A stretch of 64,000 bases of DNA. Origin: a virus (lineage: Duplodnaviria; Caudoviricetes). Location: positions 32,001-96,000 of IMG/VR virus record IMGVR_UViG_3300029288_000072; one strand, given 5' to 3'. Positions 1 to 9,844 of the stretch are shown here, in pieces (the first letter of the stretch is position 1; each line of letters starts with the position of its first letter). The notes below the pieces were generated by a model, which saw nothing but the letters and a program-made list of their open reading frames with translations, searched no databases and had not been told where the DNA came from. Made by a program: the position numbers and the translations under genes.

Positions 1-89
1 AATAATGTTAACTATTTAATATTTGGATTTTGTTTAGCATGTGCATTTTGTAGTTCTATAGCAAAATACTATTCAAGAAAACAAAATAT

Positions 90-117
90 TTGACTTGTAT
101 TGTTTTCAAGGTATACT
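90..117 (+). promoter_or_regulatory. sigma70-like early promoter TTGACT-N16-TATACT
   Basis: Hexamers at 90-95 and 112-117; same 16-nt spacing recurs across the window. Confidence 0.6.
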
Positions 118-128
118 ATACTACAATC

Positions 129-308
129 ATGTCAAAAGTACCATTAAAAGAGCAATATCTAATTATAGATGCCATATGTTATGCTTACGACCATTATGCA
201 GATTATTTTGTATATGTGAAAAATGCGTTAGAAAAAGAAAAAATTGAATATAATAGTTCCCACGAAGTATTTGTAGAAGAATATCTAACTGAATCGGGCA
301 TTTGGTAA
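129..308 (+). CDS. hypothetical protein
   Basis: ORF; ATG129 preferred because the track's TTG start lies in the -35 box. Confidence 0.6.
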   Translation: MSKVPLKEQYLIIDAICYAYDHYADYFVYVKNALEKEKIEYNSSHEVFVEEYLTESGIW

Positions 309-317
309 AGGATTAAA

Positions 318-878
318 ATGACTCAAAAACTTTTTACACCCGAATCTTTTTCCAAAGAAGATTATGATCTTTTACAAAAGGCTGGATTTAGATTTGTAAA
401 AGATCGTCATGAAGATACATGGCATATAACTATTCTGTTTAATCGTCAACGGTGTGGATGGTCTTATTGCTGGAATATAGATGTTGTAAAAGATATTATA
501 AATCTTTTAAAACTTGATTCGGATGTAAATTCGGATGAAGTTTATAATAGATTTTATAAACGTTTAAATATTATAACATACGAATATGAGCAATCTTTTT
601 CACGATTACATTACAAACATAGAAGTGGTTCTCCACATTTTTATAATACAAACAGATGGATATTAGAAAATGAATTAGTTGCAGAAGGTGATGATTATTA
701 TTTTATTAATTATATTCCAATGGGAGATACAGCAGACGGTAGTATACATACTAAAAAATTATATAAAACATTAGATCCAGTTAAGCAAATAGCTATAAAT
801 GCTATACAAAAACAAATAGAATCTGCAATTGAATTCAAAGAATTAATAGAAAAATATGACATGACATTTCATCAATGA
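318..878 (+). CDS. hypothetical protein, probably truncated by the RHH-TnpB insertion
   Basis: AAAGGA RBS; ends at the element's left edge; orphan frame resumes at 2370. Confidence 0.7.
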   Translation: MTQKLFTPESFSKEDYDLLQKAGFRFVKDRHEDTWHITILFNRQRCGWSYCWNIDVVKDIINLLKLDSDVNSDEVYNRFYKRLNIITYEYEQSFSRLHYKHRSGSPHFYNTNRWILENELVAEGDDYYFINYIPMGDTADGSIHTKKLYKTLDPVKQIAINAIQKQIESAIEFKELIEKYDMTFHQ

Positions 879-958
879 AGTATAAATGTATTAATAAGTA
901 TAAAAAATTATTTTATGATACAATGAGTATAAATAAATTATATAAAGGAAGTAATAAT

Positions 959-1111
959 ATGAGAACGAAGTCATTAATCGTAAAAGTAACAGAAAATGAA
1001 CAAAAACTAATAAAAGAACGAGCAGAAGCATTAGGATTTGATTCAGTTAGTGATTATATACGATATATAGCACTAAATACAGAAAGTATTAAAAGAAGTA
1101 TAAGTAAATGA
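959..1111 (+). CDS. ribbon-helix-helix (CopG/MobC-like) DNA-binding protein, 50 aa
   Basis: MRTKSLIVKVTENEQKLIKERAEALGFDSVSDYIRYIAL fits the RHH pattern; AAAGGAAG RBS before ATG959; ATGA-coupled to the next gene. Confidence 0.75.
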   Translation: MRTKSLIVKVTENEQKLIKERAEALGFDSVSDYIRYIALNTESIKRSISK

Positions 1112-2367
1112 AAACATATAAACTACCAATAGTAATAGAAGAAGATGACAAATCATATATAAATGATTTGTGTCGTCAACAATCTATTATAGTTCGTAGT
1201 TCATATAATGATTTACTAAAAGGTAATTTAGTCAAAGACTTAGAACAAAAATACAAATCATTAAATAATATAGAAGATATGGATTCATGGTTTATTAGAT
1301 GTGGTATTCTTAGAGGAAAATCATTAACTAAACACAAACATATAATATTTGGTGGTAAACATACATTATCAAAATTGAATAAAAAGAAGATAACTAAAGA
1401 GGAATGGAAAAATAGAAGATTATATTCACTAGACATACAAGGTGAAAAACATCAAGGTGGTAATAGAAAATTCGAATTAAAATTAGAAGAAAATCAAATA
1501 TTATTCAAACCAAATAGAAATAAGAAGATATTAATTCAATTACCAAAGATAAGAAGAAAGTGGAAGAATGAACTTCAATATATTCAAGAAACTGAATCCT
1601 GTTTTTCAATTAAATTAACCAATAATACAATAGAAATCGTAGTAGATGAATTATTATTCAAACATGATAATTATTCATCAATAAAAGGAAGAATATTAGG
1701 TATTGATCTTAATCCAGATTATATTGGATATAATATTACTGATTTTCCGAAGAAAAAAGTAGTAATCAAAGAATGCTATAATACAGAAGAATTAAATACA
1801 AAATCAGGATTATCATCAGATCATCCAAAATCAAAATATCTCAAAAATAAAAGAAAATACGAATACTTACAAATATGTCACGAAATTATCCAAAAATGTA
1901 TTCATTACAAAGTAGAAAAATTATGTATCGAAGACCTTAATATTAAATCACAAGATTTTGGTAATAAACATACTAATAGAAAAAATAACCTTTGGATGAA
2001 AACCCTAATAAATAATAAACTGAAAATGTTGTGTAATATAGTAGGTATCGAATATGTAGAAATTAATCCAGCATATACTAGTATTATTGGTAATTTAGTA
2101 TATAATGATTTCGATCCAATAAGTGCAAGTAGAGAAATAAGTAGGAGAGGTTATTATAAGTACCAGAAAGGTAAGTTCTATCCAGGTTTAGAGTCTGTGA
2201 AACACCAATGGAAGGAAATGGTCACAGAAGATATCAATTCATGGAAAGAATTTGCCACTAAATTAAAAACTCTGGACATCAGATACAGAGTTCCACTAAA
2301 TGAAAATCATGTGGTTTCTAGACTTAAATATATAAAAAAGAAAATAACTTTATACTCTTTTATATAA
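1108..2367 (+). CDS. tnpB: TnpB/Cas12f-related RuvC nuclease lacking the zinc finger
   Basis: RuvC-I GIDLN, RuvC-II IEDLN, INPAYTSIIG...DPISASREISRRG; no CxxC pairs. Confidence 0.8.
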   Translation: MKTYKLPIVIEEDDKSYINDLCRQQSIIVRSSYNDLLKGNLVKDLEQKYKSLNNIEDMDSWFIRCGILRGKSLTKHKHIIFGGKHTLSKLNKKKITKEEWKNRRLYSLDIQGEKHQGGNRKFELKLEENQILFKPNRNKKILIQLPKIRRKWKNELQYIQETESCFSIKLTNNTIEIVVDELLFKHDNYSSIKGRILGIDLNPDYIGYNITDFPKKKVVIKECYNTEELNTKSGLSSDHPKSKYLKNKRKYEYLQICHEIIQKCIHYKVEKLCIEDLNIKSQDFGNKHTNRKNNLWMKTLINNKLKMLCNIVGIEYVEINPAYTSIIGNLVYNDFDPISASREISRRGYYKYQKGKFYPGLESVKHQWKEMVTEDINSWKEFATKLKTLDIRYRVPLNENHVVSRLKYIKKKITLYSFI

Positions 2368-2369
2368 AA

Positions 2370-2507
2370 AGACTATCTGAAGATGAGATAACTAAAATTA
2401 TTGATAATTATTTAATGGAAACACCTAATATTATACCACCATCATTAATCGGTGATATTATGACAAAATTTAAAGAATTGAAAAATAAAGATAATATATT
2501 TGAATAA
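2370..2507 (+). pseudogene. orphan 45-codon frame, likely C-terminus of ORF 318
   Basis: RLSEDEITKIIDNYLMETPN...KDNIFE* starts right after the tnpB stop, no RBS. Confidence 0.5.
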
Positions 2508-2524
2508 TATTTAAAGGATATTAA

Positions 2525-2902
2525 ATGGAATCATATCAATATTATATAGAAAAAACTAAATGGAAATTCACAAGTTCATTATTTTCGGATGATATTCTTG
2601 GTGTATTAATATCAGTTGATAAAAAAGAATTGTATGTAGAATTGAATAATTGCCTTTGCCCTAACTGTGATTTTTCAAAACATATGCCTGATACATGTAT
2701 AACATTACAAAAACATGGTTATATCAAAAATGTAAAAGAATTTTATTTGACATATGTGGATTCTCCATTAAGGAAATTTTGTGATTTCCACTATATTGAG
2801 TTATTACCAACATATAAAAATTGTGAAAATATTAATAAAATTATATCAACATCATGTTTGCCTGTTAAATATTTAGATAAACTCATTAAAGACAATACTT
2901 GA
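2525..2902 (+). CDS. hypothetical protein
   Basis: ORF with AAAGGA RBS. Confidence 0.7.
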   Translation: MESYQYYIEKTKWKFTSSLFSDDILGVLISVDKKELYVELNNCLCPNCDFSKHMPDTCITLQKHGYIKNVKEFYLTYVDSPLRKFCDFHYIELLPTYKNCENINKIISTSCLPVKYLDKLIKDNT

Positions 2903-2961
2903 TTTTTATTGACATCTTTATTATTTCTGTTATCATTATACAAATCAAAAAAGGAGATTAT

Positions 2962-3618
2962 ATGTTCAAACTATTATATTTTAAATCAGTAGAAGACTTT
3001 AAAGAGCATTCTATAAATGAAATAATGGAGGCACATTTTGTTGCATATAGAGAAGGCGATGGTAATTATTTTGTTGTAAAAAACAAATGTGGTGCATGTA
3101 ATAGATCGTTTACAGAATCCGCATTTAAATTACATTTAGTACAATCAATAAACGAATATCAAGATATTGGATATGTTCATCCTCCATTTGATCGTGCATC
3201 ATTTATGCCATCATATTCTCCACAATATCATGCTGGAGATGTTGTTGCATGGAAATATGTTAAGGAATCTGTTGAACATTTTGCCATGATTGAAATGTAT
3301 ACTCAAGAAAAGTATTATTTTGATACTCCAATTGCAGCAGATCCTCAATTATTGAAATCTTTTACAGCATATAGTAGAATAGTTGATCAAAATTTGTATA
3401 TAAGAAAAGCAACAAAAGAAGAAAAAGAACAATATATTAAAAATAAAATATGTAAAACAAATTCAATCCAATCATCAGAATATACAAAAGAAGAGACAGA
3501 AATTTGGAAACACGTATTTGATAAATATTCTGCAAACAGGGCAACAGACATAGATAATATATTTAAAATATGTGATAGAGCAGTTAAAAGCTTTAGAAAA
3601 ACTGTACAAGGAAACTGA
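2962..3618 (+). CDS. hypothetical protein
   Basis: AAGGAG RBS before ATG2962; promoter TTGACA-N16-TATCAT at 2909-2936. Confidence 0.75.
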   Translation: MFKLLYFKSVEDFKEHSINEIMEAHFVAYREGDGNYFVVKNKCGACNRSFTESAFKLHLVQSINEYQDIGYVHPPFDRASFMPSYSPQYHAGDVVAWKYVKESVEHFAMIEMYTQEKYYFDTPIAADPQLLKSFTAYSRIVDQNLYIRKATKEEKEQYIKNKICKTNSIQSSEYTKEETEIWKHVFDKYSANRATDIDNIFKICDRAVKSFRKTVQGN

Positions 3619-3621
3619 TAT

Positions 3622-5626
3622 ATGTTAGAGTTGGAATTAATTCCTACGGATATCTTAAGAAAAGAACTATCAAAAAGAGAAGAAATACAACGTAAAAAAG
3701 AATATGATGATAGCGAAAAACATAGAATAAAGGAAATGAAACAATTAAGAACACTTCTTAAAGAAAAAGGTTTTAATAAAAGAATTATAATTTGTGGTGA
3801 ATCTGATGCATACAATATTCAATATGATGTTGGGTGGTTTAATAATACAGAAAGTAGATTTGGCAAAAGGGAAATTCCTATTAGAATTGTTCGAACAACC
3901 GATACATTAGATAAAATAGCAAAAGATCTTATTGATGATAATAATAGATATTGTAGAAAAAATCATACATTAGTATTATATGGTATTTTTTCAAAACAAG
4001 ATTATTTTAATGAATATAATATGCGTTATATTAAATATAGATATTTTAAAAATGATAGAATAAAACATAATTTTATAAAAGGATGACAATAATGATAGAA
4101 GGATTTGAAAATAAAGAAGCATTCGCTAGATTTAATTATATAATTGATATAGTACGAGGAAACAACATACCTATACAATGGAAATTATTGCCACAAACAG
4201 AAAAAGATATATATTTAAGAGAATCAGAAATAGCAGAATATGTTATAACCGAAGATGATTGCGATGATTTAGAACAATTTATTATGGGGAAATCAAAATG
4301 ATTACGTTACACTGGTCATATGGTTCTTCTTATTATGGTGATAATAAAGAAGCAGACTTTAAAATAATACATCGTGATAAGTTACAAACATTAATATGTC
4401 TTATTAATCGGGAGTTGTTGAGAACAGAAGAAATACCTATTACTTTTGTGTGTGGTAGATATGCATCTTGTGTATTAAAAGAAGCATTAATGGCATGTGG
4501 ATATTCTATACGACATTCAGAAAAATGGAATATTGTTATTGACACATCATTAGAATTAAATATTATTAAATTTAATGATGTTGAATTAACACTAATAGAT
4601 GCATCCAACATACAATTTGAATTTTATTCTCCATTTAATAATCTTGATGGGATATATAGATTATCTTCTATTTTAAATGAAGAAATAAAAAATAATAACT
4701 TAAAAGCAGCGTTAATGTTAACAGAAACATTACAAAGTAAATTAAAAGAAATAATAAATGGCTAAAATTAGAAAAATATACAAAATAGAGAAAAATAAAA
4801 TAGTTGAATATATTGTTGAGCCAAATCATGTTTTATCTGGCTGGTCTATTTTATTGGCCCCACCAGATAAAGATGGATATTGTAGTATATATCCTATATC
4901 AAACGAGGCATTAAAAAGAAGTAGATTTGATTCAATTAAAAAAGCAGAAACTTATGTTGGACTTGAAAATATAATATATTATAATGGTAGAGAAGAAGCA
5001 GAAGAAGTTCTTGAATTGGAAAGGAGATTTAAAAAATGAGCGGCAGATATAAAATCCATTTCGATAGTATTGCACATAATCCTCCACAAGAAATATCAGA
5101 AGAAGAAAAAGTTAGAAGAAAAGACCGCGACGAATTATATAAAACAAGAAAAAAGATATGGGATGATACCGCAAAAGTAGTAGATGGAATTCCCGGTAAA
5201 TGTGTCATTGTTTCCCGAGCCGAAAAACTAAGTATATTTGTAGACAAAAAACTAGTTGATGTTTGGCAATCTGATAAAGAAAGTATTTTATATTATTATA
5301 ATGATATAGAATTTCTTTCTGGTACAGCAGGATATATTTTGGTTTGTTCCGATGGTAAAAAACTAAGACAAATAACATTGATGAGTTGATACATGTTTAT
5401 TAAAAACAGATTATTTGATAAAGCAATTTTGATATTAAAAGATACATCCCTTAAGGAATATCAAATATTAAATGCAGCATATCAAAACATATTAACACAG
5501 AATTATGTTAATGAAATAAATAGACAAGACGATATTGTAAACTTATTTCGTAACAATAAATATTTTTGTAATATTTTAATACATATAGCACTTTTCGATT
5601 TTGAAAAAGATTTTGAAAGAAAATGA
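3622..5626 (+). other. run of coupled small hypothetical CDSs (3622-4086, 4083-4301, 4298-4765, 4758-5039, 5036-5389, 5393-5626)
   Basis: Overlapping or abutting start/stop codons on the same strand; no recognisable motifs. Confidence 0.7.
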
Positions 5627-5907
5627 ATACTAAAGTAGTTCATTGTAATGCAGAAAAGTACGATGTATATATAGGACGACCTTCTATTTGGGAAAATCCT
5701 TTTATAATAGGAAAAGATGGGACACGAAAAGAAGTAATAGAAAAGTACGAAAAATATTTGAGAAATAACGAAGAATTAATAAATAGAATAATGGAATTGG
5801 ATGGAAAAATATTAGGATGTTGGTGTAAACCAAAACCATGCCACGGGGATATTATTATAAAAATTATAAACGAAATTAAAAACGAAAATATGTTAGGGGA
5901 ATTATGA
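5623..5907 (+). CDS. DUF4326 family protein
   Basis: YDVYIGRPSIWENPF...LGCWCKPKPCHGD signature. Confidence 0.85.
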   Translation: MNTKVVHCNAEKYDVYIGRPSIWENPFIIGKDGTRKEVIEKYEKYLRNNEELINRIMELDGKILGCWCKPKPCHGDIIIKIINEIKNENMLGEL

Positions 5908-6096
5908 CGAAGAAAGAATTATATATAGATGAACATGATGATATTCAGTATTTTGTTGATAAAATGGTATGTTATTTTAATAATAATGATATTAAAAACG
6001 CAATAAAAATGTATAAAAGGCTCAAATTAATGGAAGATGCTGATATAATTTACAGATTGTCTAAACCCGCATTTAAATTTTAATGGAGAAAAATAT

Positions 6097-6600
6097 ATGA
6101 CATCTAAAAAATCAATTAAATTTGGAAATACTAAAGAATTTGAGAATGATTTTAGAAAACATAATAAAGAAAATCTTGAAGAAATTCTTACAACCAAATT
6201 AGATAAATCTTTGAAAAAATCTGAAAAAGAAAATAAAATTCCTGAAATAAAAGAAGTATTACGATCATATTTATTTGTATTTAATAATGATGTACACTTA
6301 ACTGCATATATCAGAGAAATTAAATTTATTGATAATAAAACAATAAATTTACAATTTTTAGAAACAGAAAATTTAGACACAATACTATCTCTTGAAAAAC
6401 TAAAATATAAGGATATATACATATCTATTATTAATAGAACAGGATGTGACCTTTTAAGAATAGAATTTAATTTAAATGATATTATTGATATATACCCAAC
6501 CATATTATCACATGATTCTGGAGTTGCAATTTTTAATACAACATTAAAAATAAAAAATTTACACTATACAAAAATACCAGAAAAGAATAAAAATGTTTGA
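6097..6600 (+). CDS. hypothetical protein, possible T4 gp19 tail-tube-like fragment
   Basis: GGAG RBS; IYISIINRTG..LRIEF..IYPTILSHDS pattern loosely resembles the gp19 C-terminal half. Confidence 0.35.
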   Translation: MTSKKSIKFGNTKEFENDFRKHNKENLEEILTTKLDKSLKKSEKENKIPEIKEVLRSYLFVFNNDVHLTAYIREIKFIDNKTINLQFLETENLDTILSLEKLKYKDIYISIINRTGCDLLRIEFNLNDIIDIYPTILSHDSGVAIFNTTLKIKNLHYTKIPEKNKNV

Positions 6601-7123
6601 TTCATACGAAAAATTTACGGATGAAAATGGTAATGAATTATCATTTGAAGAATTGTTATCAGACGCATCGGTTAGACAAGCAAATCGGTTAGCCAATGAT
6701 CCAGAATGGTCACAAAAAATAACAATACATATCCATTCTATTATTAGTGCATTTGCTCTTGGTGTTTTAACCTCATATCCATATTATATCTCATTTCAGA
6801 TGCCACCAAATTTTGAATTAGTAATGAACAAAATGTCTTTATTAATTCAGAAAACTTTTGATGTATTGACAAATGAATGTGTAGAAGTGAGTTTGTTAAA
6901 ATTAAAAGGTGTATATTATAGATTGGCAATGTCAATACCAGAATATATTGCATGGAATGATATTACAGGAAATTCTTTTGATATAACAACTACTCCAACA
7001 AATCCATCGTTCATTGATTTGTCTGTTCCTCCCCATAATGCAGTAATATATTTGAGAAACGAAGAAAGAAATTATAAAAGATTTGACGACGAATTAAAAA
7101 AGAAATATGGAGATTTAAAATGA
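6593..7123 (+). CDS. hypothetical protein
   Basis: ORF coupled to neighbours. Confidence 0.7.
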   Translation: MFDSYEKFTDENGNELSFEELLSDASVRQANRLANDPEWSQKITIHIHSIISAFALGVLTSYPYYISFQMPPNFELVMNKMSLLIQKTFDVLTNECVEVSLLKLKGVYYRLAMSIPEYIAWNDITGNSFDITTTPTNPSFIDLSVPPHNAVIYLRNEERNYKRFDDELKKKYGDLK

Positions 7124-7320
7124 AAAAATTAATAGAAGATTCGACAAACATAGATCATCTAATGGAAGGACCATTAGAAGATGTTATTCTTAATTTAAAA
7201 CAATTGAAAAATATGAATTTTTCAAAGTTAAAAACTGCATATACATGGGATACATTTGATAGAATAGAAATATCTAGGATTTGGGATAATACAGAAATTT
7301 TAATACATGGCAAACGATAA
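7120..7320 (+). CDS. hypothetical protein
   Basis: GGAG RBS, coupled ORF. Confidence 0.6.
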   Translation: MKKLIEDSTNIDHLMEGPLEDVILNLKQLKNMNFSKLKTAYTWDTFDRIEISRIWDNTEILIHGKR

Positions 7321-7472
7321 GAAACAAATTTTGAATATAATAAGAGAATTAAAAAAGAAGAAAAACTAAAAAATAAAAATAATGAAAAAGCTAAAAGTAT
7401 TAAAAAATTAGCCAAACAATATAATTTAGATGAAAAAACTATAGAAATGATAGTAAAATCCGCAAAAATATA

Positions 7473-7652
7473 ATGATTAAAATAGAACAAGAATTATATA
7501 GTTGCTACGTTGTAGGATCTAAGGATACTACTATATTAATACGGTATTGTGTATATGAAAAGGAAAATTTAAGATATTTGACTGCGTTCTACCATAACGA
7601 TACTGATATATTTTCTATATTATGGAGTCATTTCTCTAGGCTTAAAAATTGA
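7473..7652 (+). CDS. microprotein (59 aa), DIFSxLW family
   Basis: Manually translated; TAATG coupling; ends DIFSILWSHFSRLKN. Confidence 0.65.
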   Translation: MIKIEQELYSCYVVGSKDTTILIRYCVYEKENLRYLTAFYHNDTDIFSILWSHFSRLKN

Positions 7653-7662
7653 GTGAATTAAC

Positions 7663-7818
7663 ATGAATAATTATAGAGTAAGAATTATATATAATGTGGA
7701 TCATATAGCAGACAGTATTCTTATTGTGTATAAACCAACTAACATGATTATAAAAAGATATTCTATTAATCAACCAGATATATTTTCTAAATTGTGGATA
7801 CTTCATTGTTCAAATTAA
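7663..7818 (+). CDS. microprotein (51 aa), DIFSxLW family
   Basis: Manually translated; ends DIFSKLWILHCSN. Confidence 0.65.
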   Translation: MNNYRVRIIYNVDHIADSILIVYKPTNMIIKRYSINQPDIFSKLWILHCSN

Positions 7819-8045
7819 AATACATATATAATGATTATTATAATTTTGACATGGGTGGATATTATACAGAAATCCACCAATCCCAAGTTCTTGTTTGGAT
7901 GTGGCATCGGTTCGTATCTGAAATTATAACTCGCAACAATATATTAGAAGTACATTTGTGCAAAAAAGATAATATTTTAAAATCAAGAGGAAAGTTAACA
8001 ATAGAACAAGAGTTAGAATGGTACGAAAAAAATAAATTGACTTAG
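7794..8045 (+). CDS. hypothetical protein
   Basis: ORF track. Confidence 0.55.
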   Translation: MDTSLFKLKYIYNDYYNFDMGGYYTEIHQSQVLVWMWHRFVSEIITRNNILEVHLCKKDNILKSRGKLTIEQELEWYEKNKLT

Positions 8046-8071
8046 ATATATTTAATCGGTATAATTATACA

Positions 8072-8326
8072 ATGGAAAAAGATATTTTAATAGTAGAAGA
8101 TTCTCAAGAAAGAATGAAACATATTAAACAATATGTTATAGGATATTCTTATGATTTAGCAGAAACGGCTGATTCTGCAATTTATTATTTAAAATCGTTT
8201 CAATATGATTATATATTTTTAGATCATGATTTAGCACAAAAGCATTACGAAAAAGAAGTTTTTGGAAAAGGAACAGGATTAGAGGTAGCTAATTATATTG
8301 CTGACAATCAACTACCCACAACCTAA
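8072..8326 (+). pseudogene. cyclic-phosphate-processing receiver-like domain, truncated by TnpB element
   Basis: ILIVED...YDYIFLDHDL...GTGLEVA motif; the last 7 codons come from the element end. Confidence 0.7.
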
Positions 8327-8343
8327 AGGTAGTGGGTTTGTAA

Positions 8344-9441
8344 CTAACTCTTGCGAGTCGCTACAATAGGCTGGTTGATTTCAGCCCTTGAAATATTAAT
8401 AGCAGCATTGTAGTCTGCATTAACTTCATAACCACAAGAAACACATTTAAAGTTTTCTTGAGTTAGTCTGTTTTCTTCGCAAATATACCCACATTGACTA
8501 CACTTCTGGCTTGTATAAGCAGGATTAATATATAACACTGGAACTCCAAGTAACTTTGCTTTATAGTCAATCATTTGTCTTAATTGACCAAAAGCCCACT
8601 TACCTCTTCGTGCATTATTATCCTTCCATTCTTTAGTCCAACCTTTTTGCGGAACTTGTTTCTTGAAGTTTAGATCTTCTAATTTGATTCCAACTCCAAG
8701 TGTCTTTGCTTTTTGAACTAAACGTTTACTTATACAATGATTTGTATCTTTCTTGAATCTTGATTCTTTTTTACTTATTTTCTTTAATCTACGCTTTGCA
8801 CTTCTACTACCTTTACTTTGCAATCTTGCTTTATATGAAGTTATTTTCTTTCTATAAGTCTCTACTCTTTCTCCACTTACAACTTCACCATCAGAGCAAG
8901 TAGCAAGATTTACTATACCTAAATCTACCCCAAGGAAATCTTTAACTTTATTAGTAGGTTCTTCGCTTGTTTCAGCGAAGAATGTAACATAAAACTTCCC
9001 TTTAACTTTATCATAACTTAATTCACTTTGACAACTTAAATCTAAATCTTCTAATGACTTACGAGTTCTAAATGGTAATTGAGTTCTTTTACCCAAAATC
9101 ATAATAGATAATTCATTATCTTTTTTAATAGTTAAATTTCTACTATCGTAATCAATTGAACCTAACTCGTTAAATGTCAATACTTTATTCTTTTGATTCC
9201 AGTTTTTATAGCAATCAGTTACTTTACCTATAACTCTTACAGCAAGTTGACTTGAAAGATTAAATCTTTGTTTTATCTCGTAATATACTATTTTATGTAA
9301 ATTAACTTTATTAAAAGTTTTTGTTTCAACTGCTTTTTGACTTACCCAATCACAAGCAGAATTAAAAACTTTCATAACATTAAGGAGTTCTTGATGTTGT
9401 TTTTCGTTTGGTAATAATTTACATTTAACTGCTAACTTCAT
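8344..9441 (-). CDS. tnpB: RNA-guided endonuclease TnpB
   Basis: GVDLG, LEDL, NPAYTSQKCSQCG...CVSCG..NADYNAA; all RuvC acidic residues present. Confidence 0.95.
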   Translation of the reverse strand: MKLAVKCKLLPNEKQHQELLNVMKVFNSACDWVSQKAVETKTFNKVNLHKIVYYEIKQRFNLSSQLAVRVIGKVTDCYKNWNQKNKVLTFNELGSIDYDSRNLTIKKDNELSIMILGKRTQLPFRTRKSLEDLDLSCQSELSYDKVKGKFYVTFFAETSEEPTNKVKDFLGVDLGIVNLATCSDGEVVSGERVETYRKKITSYKARLQSKGSRSAKRRLKKISKKESRFKKDTNHCISKRLVQKAKTLGVGIKLEDLNFKKQVPQKGWTKEWKDNNARRGKWAFGQLRQMIDYKAKLLGVPVLYINPAYTSQKCSQCGYICEENRLTQENFKCVSCGYEVNADYNAAINISRAEINQPIVATRKS

Positions 9442-9464
9442 CTTTTCCTCCTTTCATACTAATA

Positions 9465-9472
9465 TATTTATA
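9465..9472 (-). promoter_or_regulatory. T4-type late promoter TATAAATA for tnpB
   Basis: TATTTATA on + strand, 23 nt upstream of the tnpB ATG and upstream of a GAGGAG-type RBS. Confidence 0.55.
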
Positions 9473-9487
9473 ATCGAAAAATAAAAT

Positions 9488-9515
9488 TTGACAAACTTTT
9501 TTATTCTATTATAAT
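9488..9515 (+). promoter_or_regulatory. outward-facing TTGACA-N16-TATAAT promoter within element left end
   Basis: Perfect hexamers; an equivalent exists in the second copy. Confidence 0.65.
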
Positions 9516-9583
9516 AAGTAGTAGAAAGGACGGCAATTACTCCCACCACCTAAAGGTAGTGGGTTTCCTTGCCGACATTAACA

Positions 9584-9844
9584 ATGAAAAAATTAAAAAG
9601 AAAAATAACAAAAAGGCGTAATTATGAATACCCTTTTTCTGATGATGGTGGATTACACAATCCAAATATAAATTTTGTTTGTTTTGATTGTAGATTTGTA
9701 ACAAGAGATAAAAATGGTCAAACTCCTACATGTCCACATTGTGGAAAACAAATGACAAATGTATTTTGTAGAGATGAAATCCCAAGAAAAACAAATAATA
9801 GAGGATGGAAACTTTTAGAAAGAAAACACGGATGGATGAAATAG
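9584..9844 (+). CDS. zinc-ribbon protein
   Basis: CFDC...CPHCG; ATG9584 is the first base outside the element. Confidence 0.65.
   Translation: MKKLKRKITKRRNYEYPFSDDGGLHNPNINFVCFDCRFVTRDKNGQTPTCPHCGKQMTNVFCRDEIPRKTNNRGWKLLERKHGWMK

Larger units (their letters stand above)
873..2369 (+). mobile_element. transposase-less RHH + TnpB-like element (ends approximate)
   Basis: AGTATAAA x3 at left (879, 897, 926) and inverted TTTATACT at right (2349); appears to split ORF 318. Confidence 0.55.
8307..9583 (-). mobile_element. IS200/IS605-family non-autonomous element (tnpB only)
   Basis: Subterminal hairpins CCCAC(C/A)ACCTAAAGGTAGTGGG at both ends; right end ...GGGTAGTTGAT; TTCAT TAM (rc of ATGAA 9584-9588). 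Confidence 0.85.

Noticed and set aside
1108-2520. Cas12f/Cas14 CRISPR system
   Set aside because: No repeat-spacer array is visible next to this gene, near the Cas4-like gene, or anywhere else I read.
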